A stretch of 64,000 bases of DNA from IMG/VR virus record IMGVR_UViG_3300044972_002389, positions 1 through 64,000 of that record, one strand, 5' to 3'. The position numbers and the translations under genes are program-made. Within the stretch, counting starts at the first letter, position 1; each line of letters begins with the position of its first letter. The notes beneath the pieces were generated by a model, which saw nothing but the letters and a program-made list of their open reading frames with translations, made no database searches and was not told the origin of the DNA. This document shows, piece after piece, positions 20,647 through 30,539 of this stretch.

Positions 20647-21318
20647 CTATCTATCAAATATTCGGCCCAGTTGATCTGCCGTTTGTTTCACAATGTCTTC
20701 GTTATTACGTACTTGAGCAGCAGGAGTGGGCTCTGTATAGTCAACACCAACAAAGCCCAAAAGGTCACCATTATTTGAGAAAAATGCACAACGGGTTATG
20801 TGCAATGCTGCTCTGGATTCATAATACCAATAGAGTGCACTATCTGGTCGAGCATTGATATTGGTCAAACTCACGCATTTTCTCTTGAGAAATTCAGTAC
20901 TCATGTTGGTGATCAAACTGCTGGGCAGCCTTTGCCCAAAGTTCATGATCCTATTGGTACCAGGTTTAATTACTTCGTGAGTATTTGTGTGGAAAATAAA
21001 TGGCACATTATTGGGGCTAGGAATACCATTGTGAAATCGGAAAATATATGCACGGTTGGAATTGGTAGTTGTAAGTATTTGATTTAGTGATTGATTGGCT
21101 GCTGTATCCACTGCAACGCTGACTTGTAATTCTCTTGCAAAGTTGTTCATGCTGTTACTGCGTTGCCAAAGATCAATCACAGGTTGAAAATGAAAAGCAA
21201 CAATGTAGCTGGTGCTTATCATGCACAGCAGGCAGAAAATCACAAACAAATGCCACAGCATCTTCAAGGGATGAACCGTTCGAAAATATGATATTAGGAC
21301 GCGAGCAATATCAGACAT
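20647..21318 (-). CDS. Single-TM protein with GAF-like C-terminal domain (possibly T4 gpt-like holin)
   Basis: N-terminal hydrophobic segment; RAYIFRFHNG..LLGFVGVDY GAF-like strands. Confidence 0.45.
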   Translation of the reverse strand: MSDIARVLISYFRTVHPLKMLWHLFVIFCLLCMISTSYIVAFHFQPVIDLWQRSNSMNNFARELQVSVAVDTAANQSLNQILTTTNSNRAYIFRFHNGIPSPNNVPFIFHTNTHEVIKPGTNRIMNFGQRLPSSLITNMSTEFLKRKCVSLTNINARPDSALYWYYESRAALHITRCAFFSNNGDLLGFVGVDYTEPTPAAQVRNNEDIVKQTADQLGRIFDR

Positions 21319-21383
21319 GTAATTTTCCCATCAACATATTTACAAAGTTTTGTGTGTTCAATAAGTTGCTAGTTTTTCCTGCA

Positions 21384-21412
21384 TTGACAAGGCAGCAATA
21401 TAAAAATATAAT
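21384..21412 (+). promoter_or_regulatory. Consensus sigma70 promoter TTGACA-17-TATAAT
   Basis: Perfect match; -10 ends 6 nt before the dnaJ ATG. Confidence 0.85.
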
Positions 21413-21418
21413 ATACAT

Positions 21419-22276
21419 ATGAAAGATTATTATAGTATCCTTGCCGTGCAAGAAAATGCAACTCAAGATGAGTTGAAAAAGGCTTATCGCACACTTGCAA
21501 TGCAGTATCATCCAGACCGTAACAAAAGCAGTGAATCTGAGAGTAAATTCAAAGAGATCAATGAGGCTTATGATACTCTAGGTAACGAAGACAAGCGTCA
21601 AGCTTACGATCAGCAACGCAAGTTTGGTGGAAGTCAGCCAGGTGGATTCCATTTTGAATTCCGTGGAGGAGGATCACCCTTTGGTGATATTTTTGAACAA
21701 ATCTTCCGAGGTCAAGGATTTGACCACTTTAGCCAACGACCAAGTCGTAATCCTGACACGCAAGTTCAGTTGAATATAACCTTGGAAGAAGCGTTCACAG
21801 GAAAAAGTGTACCAATTCAATTTACTGATAGTGCTGGCCAAAACATCAATTTAGTTGTGAACATACCTGCAGGTATTGATAGTGGGTATAGGTTACGATA
21901 TGCTGGCAACGGTAGCCGAACACATGCCAATTTAGCACCTGGAGATTTGTATATTACTGTGTTTGTTACGCCGCACTCTGTGTTCGAGAGGAGTGGGCCT
22001 CATTTGTTGACTACACTGAAGGCCAACATTTGGGAAACATTAGTGGGGGTTGACAAGCTTGTTAGTGTGATTGAAGGCGGTGCAGTTTCCATGAAAGTCC
22101 CGCCTTTGTCCAAAGATCAAACTCTACTTAACGTCAAAGGCAAGGGCATGCCGCTCAGTAGTAATAGTTCTTCACGTGGTGACCTCATGGTCAGACTCCA
22201 TGTAGAGCTGCCACAAAAGCTGGATCAAGATCAGCTTGATGCCATTTCAAAATGGGCACACCCCCAAACATCTTAA
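21419..22276 (+). CDS. dnaJ: DnaJ/CbpA-type co-chaperone (class B, no Zn finger)
   Basis: DYYSIL, YHPDRN (HPD), G/F-rich linker, C-terminal GDLYI/GDLMV. Confidence 0.92.
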   Translation: MKDYYSILAVQENATQDELKKAYRTLAMQYHPDRNKSSESESKFKEINEAYDTLGNEDKRQAYDQQRKFGGSQPGGFHFEFRGGGSPFGDIFEQIFRGQGFDHFSQRPSRNPDTQVQLNITLEEAFTGKSVPIQFTDSAGQNINLVVNIPAGIDSGYRLRYAGNGSRTHANLAPGDLYITVFVTPHSVFERSGPHLLTTLKANIWETLVGVDKLVSVIEGGAVSMKVPPLSKDQTLLNVKGKGMPLSSNSSSRGDLMVRLHVELPQKLDQDQLDAISKWAHPQTS

Positions 22277-22298
22277 ATCTTTCACCAGGACAGCACAT

Positions 22299-24605
22299 AT
22301 GAAAGAGCCCTTTAATTCAAAAAATGATTTTGAGCAAGTAATAAATCGAAGTTACTCTATTGCAATAAAACATCATCACGAATATGTGGTGGTAGAGCAT
22401 GTGCTGATAGCACTATTGGAATTTCAAGACATTGACACCATGTTAACAGCCTTGGGTTGTTCTCCAAAAAAGCTCAAAGCTGATGTAGTCAGTTATCTCA
22501 AAGATTCCAAATATCATAGTATTGTGCCTGACGGAGTGTATCAACCCAAATACACCTCCACACTGATGAGTGTAATCAAGCAAGCCAAAGCGCAAAGCTT
22601 GTTCATGGGCAAAACTGTTATGAACAGTGTGGACATGTTGCTGGCACTTTACAATGCAGAACAAAGTTGGGCTGTGTATTTTTTACAAAAACACAACATC
22701 AACAAAAGCAATATCACCTCGTATCTTACACAAAATAGTCAAGAAACGGATGAGATGGGCATGAGTGAAGACGATGCAAGAATGGTGTTGTTTCAATTTG
22801 CCACCAATTTAAATCAACGTGCCAAACAGGGCAAGATCACTGCACTTATTGGTAGAGACACTGATGTTGATCAACTAGTTGAAACGCTGGCCCGAAAACT
22901 CAAGAACAATGTTATACTTGTGGGCCATCCAGGGGTAGGCAAAACACAACTTGTGGAAGGACTTGCCAAGAGAATAGTGGAACAAACCGTGCCAAAAGTT
23001 CTTTTGAATCAAGAAATCTGGAGCTTGGATATCAATAGCATTGTTGCTGGGACCAAATATCGTGGCGACTTTGAAGACAGAATGAAAAACATTATTACGG
23101 CGTTAAAAAGTTTGCCCAATGTTATTATTTTCATTGATGAAATTCATATGATTATGGGTGCTGGCGGCAACAGCAGCAATGCAATGGATGCAGCCAATAT
23201 TCTCAAGCCAGCGTTGGGTCGGGGAGAAATTCGCACTATTGGTTCCACAACATATGACGAATATCGGAAGTATTTTGAAAAGGATCGAGCACTACTTCGG
23301 CGTTTTGAGAAACAAGATGTAGTTGAGCCCAGTGTAAGTGATGCTAAAAAAGTAATTCAAGGATTGATCAAAACTTTTGAAAAGTTTCACAATGTAACTT
23401 ATGCACCAGGATGTGCAGAGGCAGCAGTTGATCTCAGTGTAAAATATATTTTCAACAAGTATCTGCCAGATAAGGCAATTGATTTGATTGATGCAGCTGG
23501 TGCAACAGTGAAAATCAAAGGAAAAACCAAAAAGGTTGTTCAAGTAGAGAATATTGAACAACAAGTTTGTAGGATTGCCAAAGTCAGCCTTGAAAACTTG
23601 GAAACATCTGAGAGTAATAAATTATCTACTCTAGATAATGATCTCAAAAAAGTAATTTACGGCCAAGACACAGCAGTAGACACTCTTGTTGATGCAGTGT
23701 ATTTGGCTTATAGTGGACTACGAGAACAAAACAAAACACTGGGAAGCTTCTTGTTCACAGGGCCAAGTGGTGTGGGCAAGACTGAACTGGCCAAGATGTT
23801 AGCAGACAAACTGGGTTATAGTTTTGTTCGCTTTGACATGAGCGAGTTTCAAGAAAAACATTCTGTTGCTAGATTTATTGGCAGTCCCCCTGGATATGTG
23901 GGTTACAGCGACGGCAGTGCTGGCAGTGGTGCTCTTATCAACGCACTAGAGCAAACACCCAGTTGTGTGCTGCTGTGTGACGAAGTGGAAAAAGCTCATC
24001 CTGATGTATTGAATGTTTTTCTGCAAGCGATGGATCAAGGCAGCATCACAAGCCAAAATCAAAAAACAGTGAGTTTGAAAAATGCAATCTTGATTTTTAC
24101 CAGTAATCTTGGTGCTGTGGAAATGGAAAAGCATAGTATTGGCTTTGGTGCTACCAAAAACAGTGATGCAGACAAAGAAGCTGTAAAACAATTTTTCCGT
24201 CCAGAGTTCAGGAATCGATTGGATGCAGTAGTGCCATTTGGTGCGTTGAACAAAGAAACCATGCAGAAAGTTGTTATCAAATTCATTCAACAACTGAATC
24301 AAGCTTCACAAAGCAAAAATGTGTGTGTAGTAGTTGATCCTGATGCGCAAGAATGGTTGGTGAAGAATGGTTTTGACCCTTCGATGGGAGCTAGGCCTTT
24401 GAGTCGGGTAATTGACAACCATATCAAAAAGCCCATGAGCCGCCAGATGTTATTTGGAAAGTTGAAGTCAGGAGGAAGAGTGTTAGTTACACTTGATGCA
24501 GCAGCACATAAGCTGAAATTGGAATTTTTAGGCACAGTATGTAGTCTCCCCACAGGCCCAAATGAGGCCTTTAATGAAAACAACTCAGAGGTGTCTGCGC
24601 AATGA
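22299..24605 (+). CDS. clpA: ATP-dependent Clp protease ATP-binding subunit ClpA
   Basis: Clp N-domain, GHPGVGKT, IFIDEIH, GPSGVGKT, RFDMSEF, IGF loop, RPEFRNRLD; no ClpB middle domain. Confidence 0.92.
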   Translation: MKEPFNSKNDFEQVINRSYSIAIKHHHEYVVVEHVLIALLEFQDIDTMLTALGCSPKKLKADVVSYLKDSKYHSIVPDGVYQPKYTSTLMSVIKQAKAQSLFMGKTVMNSVDMLLALYNAEQSWAVYFLQKHNINKSNITSYLTQNSQETDEMGMSEDDARMVLFQFATNLNQRAKQGKITALIGRDTDVDQLVETLARKLKNNVILVGHPGVGKTQLVEGLAKRIVEQTVPKVLLNQEIWSLDINSIVAGTKYRGDFEDRMKNIITALKSLPNVIIFIDEIHMIMGAGGNSSNAMDAANILKPALGRGEIRTIGSTTYDEYRKYFEKDRALLRRFEKQDVVEPSVSDAKKVIQGLIKTFEKFHNVTYAPGCAEAAVDLSVKYIFNKYLPDKAIDLIDAAGATVKIKGKTKKVVQVENIEQQVCRIAKVSLENLETSESNKLSTLDNDLKKVIYGQDTAVDTLVDAVYLAYSGLREQNKTLGSFLFTGPSGVGKTELAKMLADKLGYSFVRFDMSEFQEKHSVARFIGSPPGYVGYSDGSAGSGALINALEQTPSCVLLCDEVEKAHPDVLNVFLQAMDQGSITSQNQKTVSLKNAILIFTSNLGAVEMEKHSIGFGATKNSDADKEAVKQFFRPEFRNRLDAVVPFGALNKETMQKVVIKFIQQLNQASQSKNVCVVVDPDAQEWLVKNGFDPSMGARPLSRVIDNHIKKPMSRQMLFGKLKSGGRVLVTLDAAAHKLKLEFLGTVCSLPTGPNEAFNENNSEVSAQ

Positions 24606-24919
24606 ACAAAACATCAGCTATTCAAAGCTTGTGCCAAAAAGGATTGATAAGCAAAGGCACAGTCATAGGGGTTGCTGAGTCAGCATCCTCTAGAGTCTAT
24701 CATAGATTTGTAGTTGCACATGCTATACTTGCGCCCTGTGTAAAAATTACAGGAGTGCATACACAAAACAACAGCAGTCTTGACTTGGATATCAACAAGA
24801 TTGTGGAAGTGGATGGCATGGGGCTAGATCGCTATCTGCAACATGCAGATCTTGACGCCAATGGCCTACAAATCAATCGTGGAAAAAAGCGTGGCAGAAG
24901 GCCAAAAAACAGAGGATAA
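24602..24919 (+). CDS. Hypothetical protein with basic C-terminus (GKKRGRRPK)
   Basis: 105-aa ORF overlapping the clpA stop. Confidence 0.65.
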   Translation: MNKTSAIQSLCQKGLISKGTVIGVAESASSRVYHRFVVAHAILAPCVKITGVHTQNNSSLDLDINKIVEVDGMGLDRYLQHADLDANGLQINRGKKRGRRPKNRG

Positions 24920-24943
24920 ATACTCTAATCAAGGACCTTATAA

Positions 24944-25120
24944 ATGGCACAAATAGCCTGTCAAACTATTTCAATTTCCATCAGCAAACTTATCAAGGAT
25001 GATGAACAACTGGCTAGTGTGCTCTCTTCTGAGCAGCTTTTGGCATTGTTTGAAAGCTTGCCCAGTGTTGTAGAGCAGCTACTTGAAGACAGTAAACTGG
25101 TTATTGAAGTCTCTATTTGA
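24944..25120 (+). CDS. Small hypothetical protein (58 aa), not in ORF track
   Basis: MAQIACQTISISISKLIKDD...KLVIEVSI*; AAGGA RBS; ATAAATA at 24916-24922. Confidence 0.7.
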   Translation: MAQIACQTISISISKLIKDDEQLASVLSSEQLLALFESLPSVVEQLLEDSKLVIEVSI

Positions 25121-25159
25121 CCTTTCCATAAATATCGACAAATCAATTGTTGAGAAATT

Positions 25160-25867
25160 ATGGAAAGTCTTGTCTTATTACCAACTACTAGCGGTAAGGT
25201 CAATGTAACTGGCGAAAAGCAAAAAGGCGCAGGCTACACCAATTTTCTTGGCGGTAGTCATACAGTAGCCCTAACGTTAACAAATTTTACAGGCCGGATT
25301 TTAATTCAAGCCTCGTTGGCAGATAATCCAGTTGAACAAGACTGGTTTCCTGTTTATCTACAGTCAGACCTGCCTTATGTACAATTCCCTAGAGATTTGT
25401 TCAATCCCAGTGGCCTATTTGGTGGGGACACCGGCAGCTTTGCATATACATTTGTAGGCAATTATGTTTGGGTAAGAGCTGTTGTAAGCAGAGATTATTT
25501 GACTCCAGCACCTATTGACGACAGCACGGTTGGCAGTGTTTCTGAAATACTTTTGAACTTTGGTGCCCTGAGTCCTGGATTTATCCCCAAAGGCCCCATA
25601 CAAGGTCCCACCGGTCCTGCTGGCCCTCCTGGGTCTGCCCCAGTCACCAGCTTCCAAATGCCGTTTTCATCTCAAAATATTGTGACCGATGTGTTGACCG
25701 TTGTTCATGGCCTTGCACAGAGACTTGTGTTTGTTCAAGTATATGACACCAACTACCAACTGGTAAATCCCACAACAATAACCTTAATTGATGAGATGAC
25801 TTGCCAATTGAATTTATCTGGGCAAGTGCCTATTTCTGGAGTTTGGTATGTTTTGGTGTCTAAATGA
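25160..25867 (+). CDS. Virion structural protein (putative) with short collagen linker
   Basis: CATAAATA at 25127-25134; two beta-rich domains joined by GPIQGPTGPAGPPG. Confidence 0.65.
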   Translation: MESLVLLPTTSGKVNVTGEKQKGAGYTNFLGGSHTVALTLTNFTGRILIQASLADNPVEQDWFPVYLQSDLPYVQFPRDLFNPSGLFGGDTGSFAYTFVGNYVWVRAVVSRDYLTPAPIDDSTVGSVSEILLNFGALSPGFIPKGPIQGPTGPAGPPGSAPVTSFQMPFSSQNIVTDVLTVVHGLAQRLVFVQVYDTNYQLVNPTTITLIDEMTCQLNLSGQVPISGVWYVLVSK

Positions 25868-25888
25868 CAAACATATGTGGTGTAAAAT

Positions 25889-26218
25889 ATGAGAGCTAAA
25901 GAATTTATTCGAGAATTTACTGTAAATGTGCCTGTTACAATCAACATCCCCTTGGGCGATGTGTTGAAAGCGCAAGCTGACAGTGATGTGATAAATCCTG
26001 GAGTGCGTTATGGTGAAGAGGGCGATGCCAAGTGGAGTCCACCACTCCAACAACACCTTGACACTGTAAAAGACAGCGTGGGGCCCACAACTGAAGATCC
26101 CACTGTGATAAACCCAGAGGATGATTTTCATACACCTCAACAGTCCAATATCTCAAAAATTACAGCAAAAAAAGATTTCATACCAACTGTAAGTATCAAA
26201 CCCTCTATTTTGGGTTGA
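25889..26218 (+). CDS. Hypothetical protein
   Basis: MRAKEFIRE N-terminus; 109-aa ORF. Confidence 0.65.
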   Translation: MRAKEFIREFTVNVPVTINIPLGDVLKAQADSDVINPGVRYGEEGDAKWSPPLQQHLDTVKDSVGPTTEDPTVINPEDDFHTPQQSNISKITAKKDFIPTVSIKPSILG

Positions 26219-26225
26219 AGCTCTT

Positions 26226-28238
26226 GTGACTCAAATTCGTAAAATTTGGACCAGCAAGTTCACAAATGATATAAATGAGTATGTTGGTCGCGATGGGGAG
26301 ATATTCTACGCAAGCGGGGAAGTTGAGTTACGTTTTTCTGACGGCGTAACTCCTGGTGGGTTACCATTTACCCCTGGCGGTGGAGGGGGTACTGGCACAA
26401 CTGGCGCACAAGGACCCACTGGGCCAACAGGGGCAAGAGGCATTAGTGGTTATTCTGGGGTAAGCACCCTTGGCTCAACTGGACCAACTGGGCCCAACAG
26501 TGCTAGTGGTTATTCTGGGATATCAGGTTACTCAGGCGAGTCTGGAACAAGCGGCTACTCTGGCAGCGGAGTATCAGGCTACTCTGGTCAAGGTGGTTAT
26601 TCAGGAACTTCAGGAAAATCTGGAGAATCTGGGTATTCTGGTGCCAGTGGGTATTCTGGTGCCAGTGGGTATTCTGGTGCCAGTGGGTATTCAAGTGAGT
26701 CTGGCCGGTCAGGTTACTCTGGTGAAAGTGGTTATTCTGGCAGTGGAGTATCAGGCTACTCTGGAGAGAGTGGGTACTCTGGAGAGAGTGGGTACTCTGG
26801 AGAGAGTGGGTACTCTGGAGAGAGTGGTTATTCAGGTTATTCAGGTTACTCTGGTTATTCAGGTTACTCTGGTTATTCAGGTTATTCTGGAGAGAGTGGT
26901 TATTCAGGTTATTCTGGAGAGAGTGGTTATTCTGGGATATCAGGTGAGTCAGGCTATTCTGGAGAGTCAGGTGTCTCTGGATATTCTGCCTATTCAGGAT
27001 ACTCTGGAGAGAGTGGTTATTCAGGGGCATCAGGTGAGTCTGGCTATTCAGGAGAGAGCGGATATTCTGGAGGCAGCGGAACTAGTGGAACTAGTGGTGT
27101 AAGTGGATGGAGCGGCACAAGTGGAACTAGTGGATGGAGCGGCACAAGTGGAACTAGTGGATGGAGCGGCACAAGTGGAACCAGTGGATGGAGCGGCACA
27201 AGTGGAACTAGTGGAACAAGTGGCACAAGCGGCTGGAGTGGCACAAGTGGAACTAGTGGATGGAGCGGAACAAGCGGCTTTAGTGGTGTCAGCGGAACTA
27301 GTGGGTTCAGCGGAACTAGCGGAGCAAGCGGCTTTAGTGGTGTCAGCGGAGCAAGCGGCTTTAGTGGTGTCAGCGGATTCAGTGGAGCAACTGGCTTAAT
27401 AGGACCTACTGGTAGTGGCGCAACTGGTGCAACTGGCACCCCAGGTGTAACAGGTGTAACAGGACCAACAGGTCCTGTTGGTCCTGCGTCTACATTAGCA
27501 GCTAGTTCTTACATTTTAACTGCTATCTTAACAAGTGATCAAACAGTTGCTAGCGCAAGTACGTTAGTTTTACCCTTAGCTGATTATTATGATCCACAAA
27601 ACTGGTGGAACGCCAGCACATATACATTCAAACCAACTGTTGCAGGTTATTATAATTTAAGTTTCGGTGTTTGGGTCAGTGCAGCGTCTGTGGCAACTAA
27701 TCAATATAACGGCCAGATACTTAAAAACTCTGGAACTATATTAATTGCCCAAGTTCAAACTGTAACGTCTACGGGAATTTCACTTGGTGGCAGCAAAGTT
27801 GTTTACTTCAATGGATCTACTGACTCTGCTCAAGTTACTGCCTTTAACGGTACCGGAAGTAATGTTACAGTGCAATATGGCACTGCTGACGGTCCAGGAA
27901 CTTGGCTTTCAGCACATTTAATTGCATATGGCGCTGATGGAGTAACAGGACCTACAGGCGCTAGCGGAACTAGTGGCGTAAGTGGATGGAGTGGCACAAG
28001 TGGCTGGAGTGGCACCTCTGGGTTCAGTGGATTCAGTGGCACAAGTGGATTCAGTGGCACAAGTGGATTCAGTGGAACAAGCGGCTTTAGTGGTGTCAGC
28101 GGAACTAGTGGCACAAGCGGCTTCAGCGGAGCAAGCGGCTGTAGTGGTGTCAGCGGCTTTAGCGGAACTAGTGGATTCAGTGGCGGAGCAGGTGTTACTA
28201 CAGGCAAAGCTATTGCGATGGCAATTGTTTTTGGATAA
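26226..28238 (+). CDS. Fibre protein with Gly-x-Ser triplet repeats and C1q/TNF-like beta domain
   Basis: Long SGY/SGE/SGT/SGW/SGF triplets; central ..TYTFKPTVAGYYNLSFGV..VVYFNGSTD.. domain; C-terminal TTGKAIAMAIVFG. Confidence 0.8.
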   Translation: MTQIRKIWTSKFTNDINEYVGRDGEIFYASGEVELRFSDGVTPGGLPFTPGGGGGTGTTGAQGPTGPTGARGISGYSGVSTLGSTGPTGPNSASGYSGISGYSGESGTSGYSGSGVSGYSGQGGYSGTSGKSGESGYSGASGYSGASGYSGASGYSSESGRSGYSGESGYSGSGVSGYSGESGYSGESGYSGESGYSGESGYSGYSGYSGYSGYSGYSGYSGESGYSGYSGESGYSGISGESGYSGESGVSGYSAYSGYSGESGYSGASGESGYSGESGYSGGSGTSGTSGVSGWSGTSGTSGWSGTSGTSGWSGTSGTSGWSGTSGTSGTSGTSGWSGTSGTSGWSGTSGFSGVSGTSGFSGTSGASGFSGVSGASGFSGVSGFSGATGLIGPTGSGATGATGTPGVTGVTGPTGPVGPASTLAASSYILTAILTSDQTVASASTLVLPLADYYDPQNWWNASTYTFKPTVAGYYNLSFGVWVSAASVATNQYNGQILKNSGTILIAQVQTVTSTGISLGGSKVVYFNGSTDSAQVTAFNGTGSNVTVQYGTADGPGTWLSAHLIAYGADGVTGPTGASGTSGVSGWSGTSGWSGTSGFSGFSGTSGFSGTSGFSGTSGFSGVSGTSGTSGFSGASGCSGVSGFSGTSGFSGGAGVTTGKAIAMAIVFG

Positions 28239-28252
28239 GGATTTAAAAAGTT

Positions 28253-28612
28253 ATGTCAGCCCCTAATATAGTAAATGTCACAACAATTATTGGTAAAACT
28301 GCGGTACAAGCAGTTGGTACAAGTGCTACAGCAATAGTTACCAATTCAGCAGCAAGTAACAAAGTCTTTAAAATCAACAGTCTAGTAATTTCAAATGTTG
28401 ACGGGACCAACAATGCAGACATTACTGTGGATTTGTTCAGAAGTTCTGTAGCGTATAGACTAGCGAATACCATTTCCGTACCAGCAGACGCATCGCTAGT
28501 TGTTATCAGCAAAGATACTTCAATTTATCTTGAAGAAGGCGACAGCATACGTTTGACTGCTAGTGCTGTAAGTGATCTGGAAGCTGTGTGTAGCTATGAG
28601 GAAATCAGTTAG
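28253..28612 (+). CDS. Small virion structural protein (putative)
   Basis: MSAPNIVNVTTI..IYLEEGDSIRLTAS..VCSYEEIS; AAGGA RBS. Confidence 0.75.
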   Translation: MSAPNIVNVTTIIGKTAVQAVGTSATAIVTNSAASNKVFKINSLVISNVDGTNNADITVDLFRSSVAYRLANTISVPADASLVVISKDTSIYLEEGDSIRLTASAVSDLEAVCSYEEIS

Positions 28613-29643
28613 TGAATACTAACTTTGATAACGGCGGTGTTATTGGGATTGAAAATAATCCTACATCAACTACGGCCAAAGGAGTCTGGAGCTCAGAAGC
28701 ACAAGCTGATGCAAAATACGGGAATACCTGGCCTGGGCAAGCACTCTACGGATTTACGTCAGCTACATTTACACCTGGCACTGCTAGCGGCAGTTCAGGA
28801 CCAACACTGGCACAGGCACAGGGTGGGATGACCGGCACGCCTACACCGTCAGGATGGAACACCAACACAGCATATTTCAGCGTAACATCCGGGATACAGC
28901 TATGGACGGTTCCTTTGACAGCGTCATACCGGATAACAGCAATAGGTGCTAGGGGAGGCAGCGGTGCTACCGGTGTTGGTGCCGGTGCACGCATGATAGG
29001 CACCTTCTCCCTTACCCAGGGCGAAAAACTCAAGATATTGGTAGGACAACAGGGTGTCACCGGTAATAATGCGTGCGGTGGTAGCAAGGGCGGCGGCGGC
29101 GGCAGCAGCTTCGTGACTAAACAGGACAACACCATACTGATCATAGCTGGCGGAGGCGGCGGAGGTTCGGCAGGCACATGGGCCAACAAGGATGCCAGCA
29201 TACTCACCTCTGGCAATGCCGGGGGAGATACCGGAGGAGGTGGAGGCACACTTGGTTCTGGCGGTGGTGCCACCAATGGATGTGTTTCAGTTGGTGGTGG
29301 CGGTGGTGGCTATAGCGGCAACGGCGCAGCTGGCGGCGGCGGTGAAGGCGCTTCAAGCGGCGGTAACAGTTTTCTCAATGGCGGCACGGGGGGGACCGGA
29401 GGTGTGCAATACGGTGGCACGGCGGCTAACGGCGGGTTTGGCGGTGGAGGCGGTGCCAGCAGCTACCTAGGTGGTGGTGGTGGTGGCTACAGTGGCGGCG
29501 GTGCTGGCGGTGTGGGGGCGTGTACCTGTCCTGCCTTGGGACCAGGAGGTGGCGGTGGCAGCATCAACAACGGCAGCAACCAATCCAACACAGCCGGGGT
29601 AAACACCACCGGAAATGGCAGCGTACTCATTGAAAAACTCTAG
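28612..29643 (+). CDS. Glycine-rich domain protein (tail/fibre associated)
   Basis: GIQLWTVP..YRITAIGARGG..LKILVGQQG..IIAGGGGG, poly-Gly tracts. Confidence 0.75.
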   Translation: MNTNFDNGGVIGIENNPTSTTAKGVWSSEAQADAKYGNTWPGQALYGFTSATFTPGTASGSSGPTLAQAQGGMTGTPTPSGWNTNTAYFSVTSGIQLWTVPLTASYRITAIGARGGSGATGVGAGARMIGTFSLTQGEKLKILVGQQGVTGNNACGGSKGGGGGSSFVTKQDNTILIIAGGGGGGSAGTWANKDASILTSGNAGGDTGGGGGTLGSGGGATNGCVSVGGGGGGYSGNGAAGGGGEGASSGGNSFLNGGTGGTGGVQYGGTAANGGFGGGGGASSYLGGGGGGYSGGGAGGVGACTCPALGPGGGGGSINNGSNQSNTAGVNTTGNGSVLIEKL

Positions 29644-29662
29644 CAGATAAAAGACCGTATAA

Positions 29663-30538
29663 ATGGGCAAAGGCAATATCATAGGCAAACCAAATGATCC
29701 AACTACTTCAGTAGCTTCAGGAGTATGGTCTTTGAGAGAAAATTTTTTGGCAGTAAAGCATAATCGTTGGCCACCCGTAATTCTTTCCCTTGGACAACAG
29801 GCATATACCACTCCCGGTACATACACATGGACATGCCCTGCGGGAGTAAATAGCGTGAGTGTAGTATGCGTTGGGGGAGGGGGCGGAAAAGGTGCCACAG
29901 CGACCACATATCTAGGTGGCGGTGGCGGTGGTTTGGGTTATAAAAATAACATCAGTGTTACGCCAGGCACATTATATACTGTGGTTGTTGGTGCAGGTGG
30001 CGGTGCTGGTGCAAATGGTGCTGCTAGCTATTTCATATCCGCTTTAACCGTACAAGGTGGAGGTGGAACTTATGCAGGTGCAGGTGGAACTTATGTTGGA
30101 GACGGCGGAGGTAATGGTGGTGCTTCAAATACTGGCGCGTATTCTGGTGGTGGTGGCGCAGGTGGCTACACAGGTAATGGTGGTGCTGCGGGCGTTACAA
30201 GTGGCGCATCAGGACCTGGCAACGCTGGTTCCGGCGGTGGCGGCGGTGGAGGTAGCTCTTATTATGCAACAGCTGGGGGCGGCGTAGGAATACTGGGACA
30301 AGGAGCAAATGGAACAGCAGGGGGTAATGGGGGAGCGAGTAGCAGTGCAGGCGGCGGCGGCGGCAGTGGTGGCGAAAATGGCAAGGGTTACACAGGTACA
30401 GGTGTGGGTGCATTGTATGGCGGCGGTGGGCTTCAGAGTGACGGCGGCGGTAGCGTTAGTGGCGGGAATGGGGCCGTTCGCATAATATGGCCAGGAACCA
30501 CTAGACTGTTCCCGACAACCCAGACTGGGAATCTATAA
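29663..30538 (+). CDS. Glycine-rich domain protein (tail/fibre associated)
   Basis: TPGTYTWTCPAGVNSVSVVCVGGGG..GNGAVRIIW; N-terminus similar to the previous gene (ASGVWS/AKGVWS). Confidence 0.75.
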   Translation: MGKGNIIGKPNDPTTSVASGVWSLRENFLAVKHNRWPPVILSLGQQAYTTPGTYTWTCPAGVNSVSVVCVGGGGGKGATATTYLGGGGGGLGYKNNISVTPGTLYTVVVGAGGGAGANGAASYFISALTVQGGGGTYAGAGGTYVGDGGGNGGASNTGAYSGGGGAGGYTGNGGAAGVTSGASGPGNAGSGGGGGGGSSYYATAGGGVGILGQGANGTAGGNGGASSSAGGGGGSGGENGKGYTGTGVGALYGGGGLQSDGGGSVSGGNGAVRIIWPGTTRLFPTTQTGNL

Positions 30539-30539
30539 G

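Noticed and set aside
26470-28266. Repetitive alternate-frame and antisense ORFs (26470..27102, 26503..27030, 27044..27439, 27830..28207 and others)
   Set aside because: By-products of the Gly-x-Ser codon repeat in 26226..28238
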